From Candidatus Delongbacteria bacterium (GTDB taxonomy: Bacteria > CAIWAD01), in contig OY760505.1 of NCBI GenBank assembly GCA_963663545.1, positions 325,937 through 389,936 on the forward strand: a DNA stretch of 64,000 nucleotides, read 5' to 3'. Under the pieces are notes generated by a model that was given only the letters and a program-made list of their open reading frames with translations, ran no database searches and had not been told where the DNA came from. Positions 18,290 to 29,515 of this stretch are shown piece after piece. A program made the translations under genes and the position numbers. Position 1 is the stretch's first letter. Every line of letters starts with the position of its first letter.

Positions 18290-21130
18290 TTACTTGACCA
18301 TCAGCATTTTCTGCATGGCCAACTGACCGCCACCGGCGGCGCGCACCAAATAGCAACCAGAGGCCAGGGCAGAGCCATCAAACTGGAACTGATGGCTGCC
18401 GGCTTCCAGGTGTCCCTGGTGCAGGGTGCTCACAAGCTGTCCCTGCAGGTTGTACACCTCGACCGTCAGGGTCTGGGCAGTATTCACCTGTAGAGTGATG
18501 CTTGTTGTCGGGTTGAAGGGATTGGGATAGACCTCGGCCAACTGGAATGCCGTAGGCTGTGCAGCACGGTTTCCCGTCTCGTGTTCCGAAGTGGACAGAG
18601 GCTGGTACCCAAGCAAGTTCTGCACGGCTTCCTGCTGCCGCTGCGCTTCGTGTCCACCAAGGCTGCTGGTGCCACCCACGGCGGGGTAGGTGGCAATCTC
18701 AAGCAGGGCCAGAGTTGCTGTTTCCACCGCGGCCTCGTTTGCCCCCTCAAGAAGGACGGCCTGCAAATTGGCGCGGGCTCCTTCGATATCGCCGGCACGG
18801 GCCAGCACGCACTGGGCAGCGCTGTACTGCATGGCGGCCTGCCAGCTCAGATCGGCCTCAGCGGAGCCCACTGCGGCAGCTTCAAGAGTGCTGGCAATGG
18901 CAAGCTTCTCATCGGACTGATACTTACCCAGCTCCTTCAGTCGACTGGCGGCTTCAGCCGCGTACTTCGACTGAGGATAGAGCAGCACCAGCTCGGAATA
19001 GTACCATACGGCATCCGAGCTAAGACCCAGCTCTTCTGCTCCATTGCCGTCGTCCCACAGCTTCACATCGTCGATATTGCCGTTGGCATCGGGACAGAAG
19101 GGGACATAATTCAGGGTGGGACCCCAGAAGCCGATGCACAGGCTGCCATCGGCATAAGCGGGGATTTCTCCATTTGGATTGTGATCTAGAATGCTGCAGT
19201 CGGGAATCGAAGCATTCTGGTCTGCACCCCAGAAATTGTTGCGCCAGTAAAGAGAGACAGGATCCGGGGATTCGGAGTAGAAAAAGCGTGAACCGGCATA
19301 GGACCAATCGCGGTTGGCAAAGCCGTTGTAGCCACAGTCCATCAGGGTGTGACCCAGGATCTCGTGCACCAGACAATCGACATCGTGTACTTCTACAGAA
19401 AAGCCATTGCAGCCTTCATCGCTCATATCCGTGGCATTGCAGAGCAGTCCCAGTTGAAGCTCCTCGCCTCCCGTAAAGGTGTTGCGCAGCATGCGCGTGG
19501 CACCATTGCTGAGTTGCGCAATGGGGCGATCTGCATAGCTTTCACTGCAATTGAAGTCGCAGTCAATGAGGCTAGTGTTCGTTCCGCATAGTGCATACAG
19601 TGGGTAGTAGTTACCGGCGGGGGTCTGGTTTTCAACAAAGCTGCAATTTTTCACTCGTAGCTTGCCGCCCAGCACAAGGGCCACTGAACGAACGCCTATC
19701 TTGTTGTACATGTAAGGCGTATCCAAGAACTGGTTATGCCCATTATCATCAAAATAGAAGTCCCTGAGAGTGCCCGCAACGTCAACGAAGTGCAGGTTGG
19801 CGTGGCCCAGATTGGCCAGCTGCAGGTTCTCATCTTCGGCGTCCTTGCTGCCCACCAAGCTCAGGTTCTTCATGTACCCAAAGGAGAACGCAGTGCTGGG
19901 GGCCACATTCAGCAGAAGGCCGTGAATCGTCGCATTGCTGCGAGTAGAGGTATTGCCGCGCACACTGAAGTAGTTGCCTGCAACCAAGTTGTTACCGTTG
20001 AAGTTGCCACCAACAAAGGCCACACGGGGCTTGCCGCTTTCGCCAATGACAATATCGCCGCTCGTATTCAAATAGGTATTGGCACCTGCGGAGGTCACGC
20101 GGAGCACCACATCCGACTTGATCTGCATTCCCGTCGGAAATACATGAGTCGTCTGAGTGTCTACGGTGTACCAACCGGGCTTCACCTGCTCGCCCTGGAA
20201 GGACTCGCTGATCGGGCGCACAGGATACTTCTGCTTCCAACCAATGTCGGCGTAGCTCAGATCAAAATCGCGAGGGAAGCTGGGATCACCGGCGTCTTCC
20301 AGCACGCTCTTGAAGCGGGGACGGTAGTCGTGGTTGGCCAGGCTGGTGAAGCCGAGGTCTGCAGTTGAGAAAGAATGCACTGCGCCCATTCTAGAGAAAC
20401 CACCATCAGTAGCGATGTAGTCCGCATTCAGGATACCACCACAATCAATGTAAATTGACGATCCCGTTCCATAACGACGACTAAATACGCTGTTTCGAAT
20501 GGTGGCATTTCCCGCCGATGAGACTACGGGCTCATAGCCATTTCCGTTGTAATCAAACGTGCAGCCGTTCATCGTAAGAGTTGACGTCTCGACAATGTAC
20601 TTGTCAGGGGTTGGAGCACTATTCTGGTAAAACAGGCAGTTGTTCAGACAGAGCATACCTCCATAAACGGCTCCATGACAAATGATCTGGTCACTCGACG
20701 TATTGTCATGAAACACACAGTCGCTTAACTCGAGGTAGTCACCTTCACTGTCGATAACCCTATTTTGAAAACCAGCAAAGGTTACGCCCTGCAACTTGAA
20801 CGATGAGTTAAAGGCAATGGTGATATGACACGGGCTGTTAATGACGACGGCTCCATTATAGCTATCCTCATAGTCGGCGGGCGTACCTGATACAGCACGG
20901 AACGTAACTTCGTAGCCACTGGCGACGAAGCCTGCCCCGGCATATGTTCCTGGGAAAACAAGGATCTCACAATCGTCGGTCTGATCAAGAACCCAATTGT
21001 TTGCATCATCCAACGTTAGAAAGTCGTAGGTTTGGTCTCCACTTGGCCCCACGGTCCTGGTTGTGAGAGCCATTGATTGGACGGCCATACAGGACAAGCC
21101 GAGTACGGCCAGTACGAGTGTGTTTTTCAT
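18290..21130 (-). CDS. Parallel beta-helix repeat protein with T9SS C-terminal sorting domain (paralog B2)
   Basis: Start set at the ATG of MKNTLVLAVLGLSCMAVQSMA (GGAG 8 nt upstream). C-terminal two thirds are ~97% identical to B1. Confidence 0.75.
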   Translation of the reverse strand: MKNTLVLAVLGLSCMAVQSMALTTRTVGPSGDQTYDFLTLDDANNWVLDQTDDCEILVFPGTYAGAGFVASGYEVTFRAVSGTPADYEDSYNGAVVINSPCHITIAFNSSFKLQGVTFAGFQNRVIDSEGDYLELSDCVFHDNTSSDQIICHGAVYGGMLCLNNCLFYQNSAPTPDKYIVETSTLTMNGCTFDYNGNGYEPVVSSAGNATIRNSVFSRRYGTGSSIYIDCGGILNADYIATDGGFSRMGAVHSFSTADLGFTSLANHDYRPRFKSVLEDAGDPSFPRDFDLSYADIGWKQKYPVRPISESFQGEQVKPGWYTVDTQTTHVFPTGMQIKSDVVLRVTSAGANTYLNTSGDIVIGESGKPRVAFVGGNFNGNNLVAGNYFSVRGNTSTRSNATIHGLLLNVAPSTAFSFGYMKNLSLVGSKDAEDENLQLANLGHANLHFVDVAGTLRDFYFDDNGHNQFLDTPYMYNKIGVRSVALVLGGKLRVKNCSFVENQTPAGNYYPLYALCGTNTSLIDCDFNCSESYADRPIAQLSNGATRMLRNTFTGGEELQLGLLCNATDMSDEGCNGFSVEVHDVDCLVHEILGHTLMDCGYNGFANRDWSYAGSRFFYSESPDPVSLYWRNNFWGADQNASIPDCSILDHNPNGEIPAYADGSLCIGFWGPTLNYVPFCPDANGNIDDVKLWDDGNGAEELGLSSDAVWYYSELVLLYPQSKYAAEAASRLKELGKYQSDEKLAIASTLEAAAVGSAEADLSWQAAMQYSAAQCVLARAGDIEGARANLQAVLLEGANEAAVETATLALLEIATYPAVGGTSSLGGHEAQRQQEAVQNLLGYQPLSTSEHETGNRAAQPTAFQLAEVYPNPFNPTTSITLQVNTAQTLTVEVYNLQGQLVSTLHQGHLEAGSHQFQFDGSALASGCYLVRAAGGGQLAMQKMLMVK

Positions 21131-21424
21131 GCTGTTCTCCAAATCATCTCTTGTGTTGCTGTGGTGGCTGTGCTACCACCTCTCGCGGGACAGGATAGTA
21201 CAGATTCCGGCGTGGCGCAACAGAAATCTGTTCTTATTCAAATTCTCACACACTCTGCCAAAGCGTACCTTTCAAAACCTGTACGTCATGAATTCTGCTA
21301 TGTGATCTGTTCCATCTTGCAGACTATCCAATTGCCCCCTTCATTACCTTCAGCTCGAGTACAGCGCGTTGGTCGCGGTGACCGAACATGAATATCCATC
21401 TTTTCCGCTGCACAATGAAGCAGC

Positions 21425-22582
<1,158 letters not shown>

Positions 22583-22627
22583 TCAATTGGGCTGTCAAGG
22601 TAAGGAAGAAGGAGCGTGCGCGCAGTG

Positions 22628-22660
22628 GAAAAAGCAAAAGCCCGCCGGGCAAGACGGGCT
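22628..22660 (-). terminator. Rho-independent terminator (aagcccg...cgggctt + TTTTGCTTTTT on minus strand)
   Basis: Hairpin + T-tract ~270 nt downstream of the ATL gene stop, upstream of tgt. Confidence 0.5.
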
Positions 22661-22923
22661 TTCATCTCCTGGACACTTGGTCCCCTAGGGCAAACCGAAA
22701 GGGCACATCAGTAGTAGCGGCTACCGATGACCGCAGGTGTCGCACTTCGTCGGATTCCATTTGGGCTCCCCACAAGCACCAGAAGCCGATGAAAGGGGTT
22801 ATTGCGACTCCCCGGTTCGCACACACCGACAGCACGAATTGTGCCAGAATCTACGCAGCTTGTGTTTTAAGCCTTTAGCGACTGTACAGGCCGCATCAGG
22901 AGCTGGAAATGCGTTCCAGTTGT

Positions 22924-23268
22924 TCAAAACCCGACAGGCGCCATGTCGCCGTGGTCGGCGCCCGGCTGCCACATGGCCAAAGACATGTCCACTTGGTGCG
23001 CCGAACGCAAGGGGACGTCCTCTTCCCACAAGCGCGCGAACTGCTCCTCCTGCCCATCCACACCGGGCATCCGGCTGCGACCATCGGACGACAGCACGCG
23101 GTGCCAGGGGAGGTCCGGATCCGGCAAATGACTGCAGAACCAGGCGGCCAACCGCGCCTGTCCGGGCACACCGGCCAACTCGGCCAAACGGCCATAACTA
23201 AGGACCCTGCCGGTGGGGATGCTCTCCACCAGCAGGGTCATACGGTCAAGAATCGTCTTGCGGTCCAC
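22924..23268 (-). CDS. Alkyltransferase-like (ATL) protein, MGMT DNA-binding fold with active-site Cys replaced by Trp
   Basis: ...HLPDPDLPWHRVLSSDGR: the MGMT/Ogt PCHRV motif is present as PWHRV, as in the non-catalytic ATL damage sensors. Only 13 nt downstream of the protease gene. Confidence 0.6.
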   Translation of the reverse strand: MDRKTILDRMTLLVESIPTGRVLSYGRLAELAGVPGQARLAAWFCSHLPDPDLPWHRVLSSDGRSRMPGVDGQEEQFARLWEEDVPLRSAHQVDMSLAMWQPGADHGDMAPVGF

Positions 23269-23281
23269 GAATACGTGCCTT

Positions 23282-26200
23282 CTATTTCAACAACAACAAG
23301 CGCTGCACTCGCATCTCACCCCCGACCTGCACACTGAGCAGATAGACACCGGAGGCAAGCATGGCACCGTCCACTTCCAGATCATGATCACCGGCGGCCA
23401 GGGTGCCTCGCAGGATCTCATGTACCAATTCACCGCGCAGGTTGTAGAGACGCGCGTGCACCTGCGACTGCTGTGGTAACGACAAGCTCAGGTGACACAC
23501 GGGATTGAAGGGATTGGGATAGGGTGTTCCCAGGCGGAAAGCCTCCGGCGTGGCCAGCGGTGCAGCCACATCCAGTGCACCGTCCACCAGCGAGAGTTCG
23601 TCCACGTAGTAGCCGACGTTCAGCCCGTTGGTGTCGAAGTCGCTGAAAAGCCGGAAGCGAATGCGCAGCGTTTCCTCGCCCACAAACTCACCCAGCGAAA
23701 TCTGGTTGTTGTGCCAGGTCGAACCACCCGTACGTGTGGCAACCGTGTTCCAGCTGCTGCCCTGATCGGTGCTGACTTCAACAAACACAAAGTCGTCGTC
23801 CTGCTCGAGGAACCAGCATTCCCATAGCTCCAGACATACATCGTCGGGCGCGCCCACCAGACAGAAGTCGTAGTCCAGCTCAGCGGTGCTGTTATCGTTG
23901 GCACTGTAGAAGCCGGTGTCGCTGGTCCCCAGTGCCCACTCGCCCTCGTGCACACGCATATCCTGGGCGGTCCAGCCACCCTGTAGCGACCAAAACTCCG
24001 TCTGGTATTCGGGGAAGTTGTCGATGAACTGGTACTGCCCCAAGCTAATCTGCACCGTGTCGCTGTGACCCGCGTTCGGAATTTGTGCCTGATCATCGGC
24101 ACCAAGACGGAAGAAGAGCTCGTCCTCGGTGGCTTCGTCCAGCGCAAGCTCGTAGGTCCAGACGCCAGCCTCTTCGTCACACTGCAAATCGGCGACAAAC
24201 TCCCACTCGCTGCCGTTGCTGCTGCGTTCCAGCCAGACTTGGTTCACACCCAGATTGTCATAGGCTTCGGCTTGAATGTCGAAGCGGCCCGTGTGGCCGA
24301 TGAGATCGTGCGGTGCTTCTACAAAAACGGTCACTGGCGGAGTGGTATCGGCGCCAACGCGGAAAGAGAACCAATCTTCACCCGCGGGCAGCGAACTGAA
24401 GAAGCCCACCGTATTGCTGACTTCCAGCCTGTAGTCGATGCTCTGGTCATTGAAGGGGCCAGGTATGGCGGCGTGATACAAAAGTTGCGTGGAATCGGGC
24501 AACATCTCCACATCCTGAGTTTCACCGCCGTCCACGCGATAACGCAACAGGAAGGAGTCCACCGGAATGGCCGTGCTCAGCGTAGCATAAATCTCAAAGC
24601 TGGTTTGCGTCAGATCCTCGCTATCACAGAGGGGCTCGTGCTGGATGCTCGCAGGACTGGCAAAGCCCAGATACTGCAGATCGTCGATGTACCAGCCCGG
24701 CGCAGTCACCTCTCCATCCGAGAACAGATTGAAGCACAGGGCTACTTCATCTCCGGGTTCAACCAGCTCCGTCAGGTCCAGCACATCGCGCACCCAACCA
24801 TCGCTGTAACCGTTGAAAGCGGGAACATAGGACCAGATATTGCTCTCCGGCGTTGTGAAATCGTAGCCATCAACAGGTGTGATATTCTGCCAAGGACCTT
24901 CATTGATGGAAATCTGGCAGTTGGCACCATCCCAACCCTCTTCGATAGCGTACCAGTGGTGGAAGTGAATGATCGCGCGCTGGTCGCTCTCAACGACCTG
25001 GGATGGGAAAATGAGCTGATGCAGCGAGAAGTCCTCGTAGTGACCGCTGAGATTGGTCGCCCAAACCCGGTCTCCCGAGTGCGCTCCCCAAGGTCCGCTT
25101 TGCGGTTCACCCCAGGCCCAGACGCCATCACCCTCGGCGGCACCGTCCTCGTCTTCAAAATCAAGCAGCAAGCCATCCGCGTAGCCATAAGTGACCCTAT
25201 AGACGCTTTCCGGCGCATCTGCAGGCAAGCGCAACACTTGGTCCAGTGAGTTCAGCACATCCAAATAGAGACTGACCATCGTACCGAGAGCTTGACCGGG
25301 CAGTACGCCCTCCCAGCCGTCCTCCAGCTGGACACAGGGCGTGTACTGCGTGTCGGCGTCGCTGGTCCACCATACAAGCTGAATGCCCTCTGGTTGCAGG
25401 ATGGTGGGCAGGCTGAGCTGCACGTGTAGCGGCAGGTCCTCCATTGGCATCTGGAAGAAGGGCACATCATCCTCGACATAGAGCTCAGCGCCGATCCAGG
25501 CGAGATCCGTGCCAATACCATGGTTGTTGAAGGCCTCGTTCAACTGTGCGAAGTGTGGCGTCAAGTTGCCCAGGTCGCCGTCGTCATCATCCACCACCAA
25601 CACTTCGAGAAAGTAATCGAAGTAGCAGCGGCCAAGGTCCACATCGTCAGCGGTTCCCCAACGGGCAAAGTGCACCAAGTTGCTGATCAGGTCAATGTCA
25701 CCGGTCAGCAGGCGCGCATCCCAGATGGCGCCACCCATGAAGCGTCCATCGGCGTGGCTCTCGCCTTGCATGTCTTCGGGATAGTGCAGCGTGTTGCTCA
25801 AGTCGCGTAGCGCCCATCCGGGAGCAACATAGTCCACGTCCATCTGCAACACGGCAGTCGCGTCGGCCAAGCCCTCGTGAAGTGAAGCATTGGCCATGCC
25901 ACCTACGCCCGCCTGCTGGTAGACGCGATCGTTGATCCCGTGACCATACTCGTGATACAACACTCCCGCAAGCTGCGCCGTGTTGGGGCAGCCGCCGCCT
26001 TCACGATAGAAATTGATGGAGCTGCCATCCCAATAGGCATTGCATGTAGCATTGATGTTGACGTTTACCGGCAGGCTGGAGTCGAGCAGGGTGAAGCTGG
26101 AATCCATGTCCTTGATGTACTTGTGTACGCGGTTGGTGGACGCGTAGCCGTCCAGCTCGGCAATGTGCGCGTCGTCTTCGGTGAGGGTAAACACCTGGCC

Positions 26201-27196
26201 ATCTGCGCTGAGCTGCGAAGTAAAATCCGCATCGGCACCGTCCGTGCGATTGGCGTCGGCATAGAAACCGCGAAGTTCCGTGCTGAGGCTCCAGGGGCCT
26301 TCGCCCTGCAGGTTCACTGTGAAGTAGCCGTCGGCATCGGTGCTGGTACCCACTCCGCCAACGGTGACGTAGGCGTAAGACAAGGGCTGTACCAGGGAGG
26401 GATCGGAGGGCTGCTCGAGCTCGCACTCCAGCATCATGCGGCCGGTCATCTCGACATGGCGTACGCGGTTGTAGCTCATCAGCAGTCGGGCGTCATTGGC
26501 GGAAAGCCAGACCTCGTAGATTTCCTCCGGGGAGTCCAGACGGACCGTTGCGTGACGGACGGGCTCAAAGGTCCATCCGCTCTTCAGATAGCGTGGCAGC
26601 AGCTGCAGCTCCTCGTCCAGCTCCACCGAGCTTATGGCAAGGGCCTCGCTCGGCAGCTCGTAGCAGGCGCGCTCCAACTGTGCCGCAGAAAGGCGCGTGG
26701 CGTTCAGCGAGTAGTCGACGGGCAGATCGCTACCCATCAAGAGCAGGTGGCCCTCTTCGCTCACGCGGAAGTTGACTTCGGCCTGTTGCAGCGCCATGCC
26801 GTCCACCACCAGCTGGTAGTCGGCGTACCACACCTGTCCGTGCAAGGTCAGCTGACGCGCCCGCAGTTTGCCCACCTGATGACTCTGGCAGAGCAGATCC
26901 GCGTGCTTGCTCATAAATGAGCGCAGGCGCGAATCCAGGTCCTCCGCCGATTTCACATGGCCGCCCTCAAGCGGCGACTGGCTCATCAGAACGCGGTGCG
27001 GGTAGGGGTGGTAACGGTCCCAGTCCATGATGCGCGTGCCAGGGTGAGTGCCAAGGTAGGCCTCCCAGGAAGCGCTGACCCCCATGTGATCCGCCTGCAG
27101 CGGGTGAAGCGGTTGTTCGGGGAAAACGACCGGCAACTGCGCCAAGGCGGAGACACTGAGAGCCAAAATCAGAACAGAGTGATGTAGGAATCGCAT
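23282..27196 (-). CDS. Large secreted zinc metallopeptidase (HExxH...ExxxD gluzincin, thermolysin/fungalysin-like) with MAM-like beta-sandwich domains and T9SS sorting domain
   Basis: Signal peptide MRFLHHSVLILALSVSALAQ. VLYHEYGHGINDRV ... HEGLADA zinc motif. C-terminal ...GVYLLSVQVGGEMRVQRLLLLK. Confidence 0.65.
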   Translation of the reverse strand: MRFLHHSVLILALSVSALAQLPVVFPEQPLHPLQADHMGVSASWEAYLGTHPGTRIMDWDRYHPYPHRVLMSQSPLEGGHVKSAEDLDSRLRSFMSKHADLLCQSHQVGKLRARQLTLHGQVWYADYQLVVDGMALQQAEVNFRVSEEGHLLLMGSDLPVDYSLNATRLSAAQLERACYELPSEALAISSVELDEELQLLPRYLKSGWTFEPVRHATVRLDSPEEIYEVWLSANDARLLMSYNRVRHVEMTGRMMLECELEQPSDPSLVQPLSYAYVTVGGVGTSTDADGYFTVNLQGEGPWSLSTELRGFYADANRTDGADADFTSQLSADGQVFTLTEDDAHIAELDGYASTNRVHKYIKDMDSSFTLLDSSLPVNVNINATCNAYWDGSSINFYREGGGCPNTAQLAGVLYHEYGHGINDRVYQQAGVGGMANASLHEGLADATAVLQMDVDYVAPGWALRDLSNTLHYPEDMQGESHADGRFMGGAIWDARLLTGDIDLISNLVHFARWGTADDVDLGRCYFDYFLEVLVVDDDDGDLGNLTPHFAQLNEAFNNHGIGTDLAWIGAELYVEDDVPFFQMPMEDLPLHVQLSLPTILQPEGIQLVWWTSDADTQYTPCVQLEDGWEGVLPGQALGTMVSLYLDVLNSLDQVLRLPADAPESVYRVTYGYADGLLLDFEDEDGAAEGDGVWAWGEPQSGPWGAHSGDRVWATNLSGHYEDFSLHQLIFPSQVVESDQRAIIHFHHWYAIEEGWDGANCQISINEGPWQNITPVDGYDFTTPESNIWSYVPAFNGYSDGWVRDVLDLTELVEPGDEVALCFNLFSDGEVTAPGWYIDDLQYLGFASPASIQHEPLCDSEDLTQTSFEIYATLSTAIPVDSFLLRYRVDGGETQDVEMLPDSTQLLYHAAIPGPFNDQSIDYRLEVSNTVGFFSSLPAGEDWFSFRVGADTTPPVTVFVEAPHDLIGHTGRFDIQAEAYDNLGVNQVWLERSSNGSEWEFVADLQCDEEAGVWTYELALDEATEDELFFRLGADDQAQIPNAGHSDTVQISLGQYQFIDNFPEYQTEFWSLQGGWTAQDMRVHEGEWALGTSDTGFYSANDNSTAELDYDFCLVGAPDDVCLELWECWFLEQDDDFVFVEVSTDQGSSWNTVATRTGGSTWHNNQISLGEFVGEETLRIRFRLFSDFDTNGLNVGYYVDELSLVDGALDVAAPLATPEAFRLGTPYPNPFNPVCHLSLSLPQQSQVHARLYNLRGELVHEILRGTLAAGDHDLEVDGAMLASGVYLLSVQVGGEMRVQRLLLLK

Positions 27197-27396
27197 ACTC
27201 CCTCACAAGTCGTTGGTGGCTTGTTGGCACTTGTGTTGAGGATCTGACACCGATTCTTCAGCAAGTGTGAGGCAAGCCTATGAATATCAAGCACACCCGC
27301 GCAAATCGGCTCGATGTGCGGCGGGAGGTGCAGGTGTATTGAGCAAATTGTAGGCCAATGCAGCTGGTGCTGCGCTCGTGCTGGGTATCGCGGGAA

Positions 27397-28044
27397 TCAG
27401 CCGCGCAGGACGTCAACAAATTCCGCAAGCAGCGACTCATTCAGGTGCCCGTCCAGGCGCAGACCCGAACAGACATCGACTCCGAAGGGATGCACTCCGC
27501 GCAGCGCGTCCGCCAAGTTGCCGGGGTTCAAGCCGCCAGCCAGATAGACGGGCAGGGGAACACGATTCACAATCTCGGCACTCAGCGACCAATCGTGGGT
27601 CTTGCCGGTGCCTCCAAGCGTTGGCGTGGACGCTAGTGGATTTCCGGAATCCAGCAACAGCGCGTCCACCTTCTCCTGCAGCCGTAGTGCCTCGGTCACC
27701 GCATCGGGACCGCAAACGTGGACCACCTGCACAATGCGCAGCGTAGGATGGGACTCGCGCAATGCCGCGTACACTCGGTCTTCAACGCGGTCCACCAGTT
27801 GTATCACCGAACAACGACAGCGCCTAACCTGCTCCACAACTTCGATGGGCCGGGTTTCGGAACTCAGAAGAAAGCTATCCACCCCGGGAGGCACCAGCGG
27901 CGCAAGACGGGCGATTTCGGACTCCGTCAAGCAGCCCGGTCCACTGGGCATCGGCCCGACCAATCCTATGGCGTCAGCGCCATAGGCGACGGCCAGCTCC
28001 AACTCGGCGGGCGATGTGATACAACAGACTTTCAGCCGTGTCAC
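27397..28044 (-). CDS. trpF: Phosphoribosylanthranilate isomerase
   Basis: MTRLKVCCITSPAE..., GGTGKTHDWSL, LAGGLNPGNLADA, VDVCSGLR: PRAI motifs. Confidence 0.75.
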   Translation of the reverse strand: MTRLKVCCITSPAELELAVAYGADAIGLVGPMPSGPGCLTESEIARLAPLVPPGVDSFLLSSETRPIEVVEQVRRCRCSVIQLVDRVEDRVYAALRESHPTLRIVQVVHVCGPDAVTEALRLQEKVDALLLDSGNPLASTPTLGGTGKTHDWSLSAEIVNRVPLPVYLAGGLNPGNLADALRGVHPFGVDVCSGLRLDGHLNESLLAEFVDVLRG

Positions 28045-28086
28045 ACTGAATTCCTTAACGAAAAGCTGTCGGAGCAGAAAAGGCGC

Positions 28087-28701
28087 CTACTCCTCTACGC
28101 GGCTACGCACGATCCAGGCGTCGCGATAGCCCAAACGCAGCGCCTGGCGGCGCAGAACGTCAGCGTCATCGCGACGGGCAAACATGCCCACGCGCACTTT
28201 ATAATTGGGCGCATCCCAGACCACATTCACGGACTCACCGGGAAACAGGTACAGCGCCTGCTCACGGTACTCGTCCGCCTGGCTTTTGCTGGTGGAAGCG
28301 AAGAGCTGCACCTGGAAGCCTTCGCGGAGCTGCGGCGCGGCGGGGGCGGCTTCCTGTTCGGCCACTTCGGCGGCTACCTGCTCGGGGTTCTCCACCAGAT
28401 CAGCTTCAACCTCCTGTGCAGGAGCGGGCGGGCCAGTGGCATCAGGCAGCGGCAGCGGTGGCGCCAAGGGCTGCATTTCTTCGATGACCGGCACCTCGCG
28501 AGGACGAAACACCAGCTCGGCGTCGGGCAGCAGGAAGGGATCCAGGCTCTCCTCCTGTGTCACGGTTCCGGCGGGACTCAGGACCAGGCTGTCGGCAGAC
28601 TGGTCGACGGGCAACTCGGGTTTGTCGGGACGGACCGCCGGAGTCATGCAGGCGGCCAGAAGCATCAGCGTAGGCAGCAAGGCGTAAGCAATTTTCCTCA
28701 T
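28087..28701 (-). CDS. SPOR-domain lipoprotein
   Basis: Start moved to MRKIAYALLPTLMLLAAC (lipobox LAAC); this removes the 134-nt overlap with the upstream gene. C-terminal EGFQVQLFASTSKSQADEYREQ...YKVRVGMFARRDDADVLRRQALRLGY is a SPOR-like fold. Confidence 0.55.
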   Translation of the reverse strand: MRKIAYALLPTLMLLAACMTPAVRPDKPELPVDQSADSLVLSPAGTVTQEESLDPFLLPDAELVFRPREVPVIEEMQPLAPPLPLPDATGPPAPAQEVEADLVENPEQVAAEVAEQEAAPAAPQLREGFQVQLFASTSKSQADEYREQALYLFPGESVNVVWDAPNYKVRVGMFARRDDADVLRRQALRLGYRDAWIVRSRVEE

Positions 28702-28732
28702 CCATCCCTCCTGTTCCGTCCGAGTAGCGGCG

Positions 28733-29515
28733 TCATCGCGTTTCGATGGCTTCCAGCGCCTCCAGCGAACACCAGCCCTCGCGACCGTCGGGCAAGCGCA
28801 GCTGCTGCCAGCCAGCACTCTCGCTGCGTCGTCCCAGGGCGACGACAGTGCCTTCGTGCAAATCAAACAGATTAGTGGCCCCTTCGCTGGGCGCGGCTTG
28901 CACCACTACCTTGTCCACCAGAATCACGCCGCGATTGCGTTGTCCGGCCAGATCGGCTCGCATAAGAAGAAAGCCAAGGGCCAGCAGCACCAGCGTGAGG
29001 CCAGAAGGTAGCAGAATCCGGTGGAAGCTGTTCAGTCGACCGCCGGGGAGCCAGGGTCTGCGCACCAGCGCCAAAGAGGCAAAGGCAAGCCCCAGGCTGA
29101 AGATCCACCAGGGCAGATCACGGGGCAGCAGCAGAAAGAGGCGATCCAGCCAGTCCCAGAGCGGCAGGCGAACCGTGGGCGGCAGTTCGTCCACCAATCC
29201 CGTGCGGGCCAGCTCCAAATTAGCGCGGACTTCGCGATCGAGCGGAGCAATGAGCAGCGCGCGTTCCCAATGCAAAATAGCCTCGCCCAGCTCGCCACGC
29301 CGGTACCAGGCGTTGCCCAGATTAAACTCCAGCTCGACGGAGCTCAGCCCCTGATCTACAAGACCTTGCCAGAGCTCGACCGCCTGCTCAAAGTCCCCAT
29401 TGTTGTAGGCGACCGTAGCCTGCTCGAATATGGCGTGCGCGGCGTCCTGATTCACTTCAGCAGAAGCGCAAAGAGCGAGCGCGCACAGCAGGCAGAGAAA
29501 AACAAAGCGTCTCAT
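28733..29515 (-). CDS. BatE-like TPR/SH3b protein (last gene of Bat operon)
   Basis: Signal peptide, TPR-like repeats (FNLGNAWYRRGELGEAILHWERAL), internal TM, C-terminal SH3b-like (GWQQLRLPDGREGWCSLEALE). 4-nt overlap with batD. Confidence 0.55.
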   Translation of the reverse strand: MRRFVFLCLLCALALCASAEVNQDAAHAIFEQATVAYNNGDFEQAVELWQGLVDQGLSSVELEFNLGNAWYRRGELGEAILHWERALLIAPLDREVRANLELARTGLVDELPPTVRLPLWDWLDRLFLLLPRDLPWWIFSLGLAFASLALVRRPWLPGGRLNSFHRILLPSGLTLVLLALGFLLMRADLAGQRNRGVILVDKVVVQAAPSEGATNLFDLHEGTVVALGRRSESAGWQQLRLPDGREGWCSLEALEAIETR

